Assembly: GCA_030835025.1 (NCBI GenBank)
Contig: JAUQWS010000023.1
Span: 150,458-214,457 of the forward strand
Source of the DNA: Ignavibacteria bacterium
GTDB taxonomy: Bacteria; Bacteroidota; Ignavibacteria; Tepidaquicellales; OLB5
DNA length: 64,000 bases
Direction of reading: 5' to 3'
The position numbers were made by a program, and so were the translations under genes. The first letter of the stretch is position 1. Every line of letters begins with the position of its first letter. This document shows, piece after piece, positions 62,636 to 64,000 of this stretch. The notes beneath the pieces were generated by a model. It saw nothing but the letters and a program-made list of their open reading frames with translations, made no database searches and was not told where the DNA came from.

Positions 62636-63541
62636 ATGACTGAAGAATCCGGAAGCAAACAAGAAATTCTGAATAGCAATTCCACAGAGGATCGGCAAGG
62701 CAGAAAATCAAATAAGAATAGTTTAATTGCCGTAGTAGGAGTATTTCTGCTGCTGATCACTCTAACAGTTATAGTAATAGGGTATTTGTATTTGGGAAAA
62801 TCGGATTACGAAAAAGGAACTGCTTTCTATAAAGATAAGAAGTTCACAGAAGCACTATTTCAATTTCAGAAAGTAGGACCGGATGATGTAAATTTCAGTA
62901 ATGCCCAATCCCGGATTAATTACATAAACGGGCTTAATTCCTTTAATGACGGCAAAAAGCCAGAAGCAATTGTTTATCTTTCAAAGGTCACAAAAGACGA
63001 TGAATATTACAGTGATGCTCAGCTTATGCTGGGGAAGCTGAGTGAAGCCAGCATAGGAAATGACCTGCAATCACAAATAGACGCTTTAAGAGAGAGCAAA
63101 GATACAGTTATAATAAAAAAAGAATTCACCGGGACTCCCGTTAAGATTGTAGAGCCGGCAGATCCGACAAAACAGGCCGATATTGAATTGGGAAGAAAAT
63201 TTATTTCGGAAGCAGAAAATTCTATTTCGAGATTTGAAAGCATGTACCAAACGGCAAGAACAGCTCCTTTGAGCACAAAAGGTGATTATGGAAAGGGACT
63301 TGAGTCTGTTCATAAAGAATTCAACAGCCTGAAATATTCTGCACAGAACAAGGATGCGGGTGTTGTTGAATTAAAAAGACTGGTTTCTGACTGGATGAGT
63401 AAACGAAATTCGTTTATCAGACAACTGATCTCAGAAAAATCTGTAAGCGAAACAAGCTCATCAATTGCCTTGAAGGAAGAAGGAGACAGACTCTACTCTC
63501 AGGTAATAAGCCAGTTGAAAAAAGTCAAGAAAAGCCTGTAA
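62636..63541 (+). CDS. hypothetical single-pass membrane protein with a TPR-like helical ectodomain
   Basis: 301 aa with a TM (LIAVVGVFLLLITLTVIVIGYLYL) and helical repeats (YEKGTAFYKDKKFTEALFQFQKV). Confidence 0.5.
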   Translation: MTEESGSKQEILNSNSTEDRQGRKSNKNSLIAVVGVFLLLITLTVIVIGYLYLGKSDYEKGTAFYKDKKFTEALFQFQKVGPDDVNFSNAQSRINYINGLNSFNDGKKPEAIVYLSKVTKDDEYYSDAQLMLGKLSEASIGNDLQSQIDALRESKDTVIIKKEFTGTPVKIVEPADPTKQADIELGRKFISEAENSISRFESMYQTARTAPLSTKGDYGKGLESVHKEFNSLKYSAQNKDAGVVELKRLVSDWMSKRNSFIRQLISEKSVSETSSSIALKEEGDRLYSQVISQLKKVKKSL

Positions 63542-63547
63542 GAATAG

Positions 63548-64000
63548 TTATTTAATTATGCGGCTGTTCGTTTGTAAAACTGTCCTGTAATGGTGCCCGT
63601 AAATTGATTGAGTAATAGCTTCGGAAATCAATTTTGGCTTATGAAGCATAGTCCAGAATATCATTTTCCAGAAGTAGAAATTACCGCTGTCAATCACACC
63701 CATTTGCCAGAACGATCTTGTAATTGCCAATATCATGAGTTTCACAGAGAACTTTGAGCCTTTGGCAAGTCCCTCATATTCCCCAAGGTAAGTTATAATC
63801 CTTTTATAATAGAATTTTGGATGATAAATTGTATCAAGTATCTTCCTGTAACCCTCCAGCAGGATATCTTTGTTAATTACAGGAATAAAATTGAGTGTGG
63901 AATCAGTATTGTTTCCGGTAGCGGCGCTCAAAATCCTTCCGTCTTTCTTAAGTTTCTTGTATAGTTTTGTCTTTGGCAGGGCATGAAGCAGGCCAACCAT
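63548..64000 (-). CDS. C-terminal (DUF4070) part of a B12-binding radical SAM protein. The 5' part lies beyond the right edge of the window.
   Basis: GLLHALPKTKLYKKLKKDGRIL....GNNTDSTLNFIP....ILLEGYRKILDTIYHPKFYYKRI matches the DUF4070 tail. The apparent ATG at 64000 is an artefact of the window edge. Confidence 0.65.
   Translation of the reverse strand: MVGLLHALPKTKLYKKLKKDGRILSAATGNNTDSTLNFIPVINKDILLEGYRKILDTIYHPKFYYKRIITYLGEYEGLAKGSKFSVKLMILAITRSFWQMGVIDSGNFYFWKMIFWTMLHKPKLISEAITQSIYGHHYRTVLQTNSRIIK

Noticed and set aside
1-64000. Search for CRISPR arrays, rRNA, intact tRNAs, transposases, integrases or phage genes.
   Set aside because: None were found. The only regular repeats are in-frame coding repeats (58314-59555, 51920-52200, 16386-16511, 10133-10195), and the only tRNA-like sequence is the truncated fragment at 50484-50533.

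Overview
The window is a low-GC, gene-dense bacterial chromosomal segment of about 70 genes. The lineage looks like the FCB group (Ignavibacteriota/Bacteroidota-like). This rests on two observations: two proteins end in T9SS sorting domains (NYPNPFNP...KKMILVK), and several housekeeping genes are preceded by the TAnnTTTG -7 box. This placement is an inference from motifs, not a database result.

The left half (1-24 kb) is ordinary core metabolism and cell envelope:
- DUF2851 and pyrF
- the rodA-mrdA-mreDCB cell-shape cluster
- purH-purN and L31 type B
- an ExbB-ExbD-ExbD-STAS unit and adk
- a lipoprotein cytochrome c and a CADD-family oxidase
- a DUF2723 membrane protein, an Omp85-like protein and rsmE
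- a BacNaV-type channel and an orphan OppF-like ATPase

The right half (24-64 kb) is accessory-looking and dominated by envelope and regulatory genes:
- a TonB-dependent receptor
- a 1077-aa HExxH/PD40/Omp85 fusion protein
- a 1657-aa CHASE3-PAS/GAF histidine kinase with an NtrC-type activator
- two paralogous YtxH / lmo0937 / ECF-sigma modules
- four small beta-barrel outer-membrane proteins and several lipoproteins
- two T9SS cargo proteins, a MarR/OsmC pair, a tetraheme cytochrome and a partial radical-SAM gene

I saw no rRNA, intact tRNA, CRISPR array, transposase or integrase.

The signals most worth a second look are non-coding:
1. A conserved ~42-nt element with fixed internal spacing is repeated upstream of five envelope-protein units at 54-62 kb, with a possible sixth copy at 28.1 kb. 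One of those units carries an ECF sigma factor.
2. Two sigma-54-type promoters share an upstream 18-mer and flank the kinase/activator pair.
3. A shared TAGTTG-N7-CAACT operator lies upstream of both the MarR and OsmC genes.
4. Four lmo0937-family micro-ORFs of 48-50 aa are mostly absent from the ORF track.
5. A degenerate tRNA-Pro 3' fragment may mark an old integration boundary.

All functional interpretations of these signals are hypotheses.
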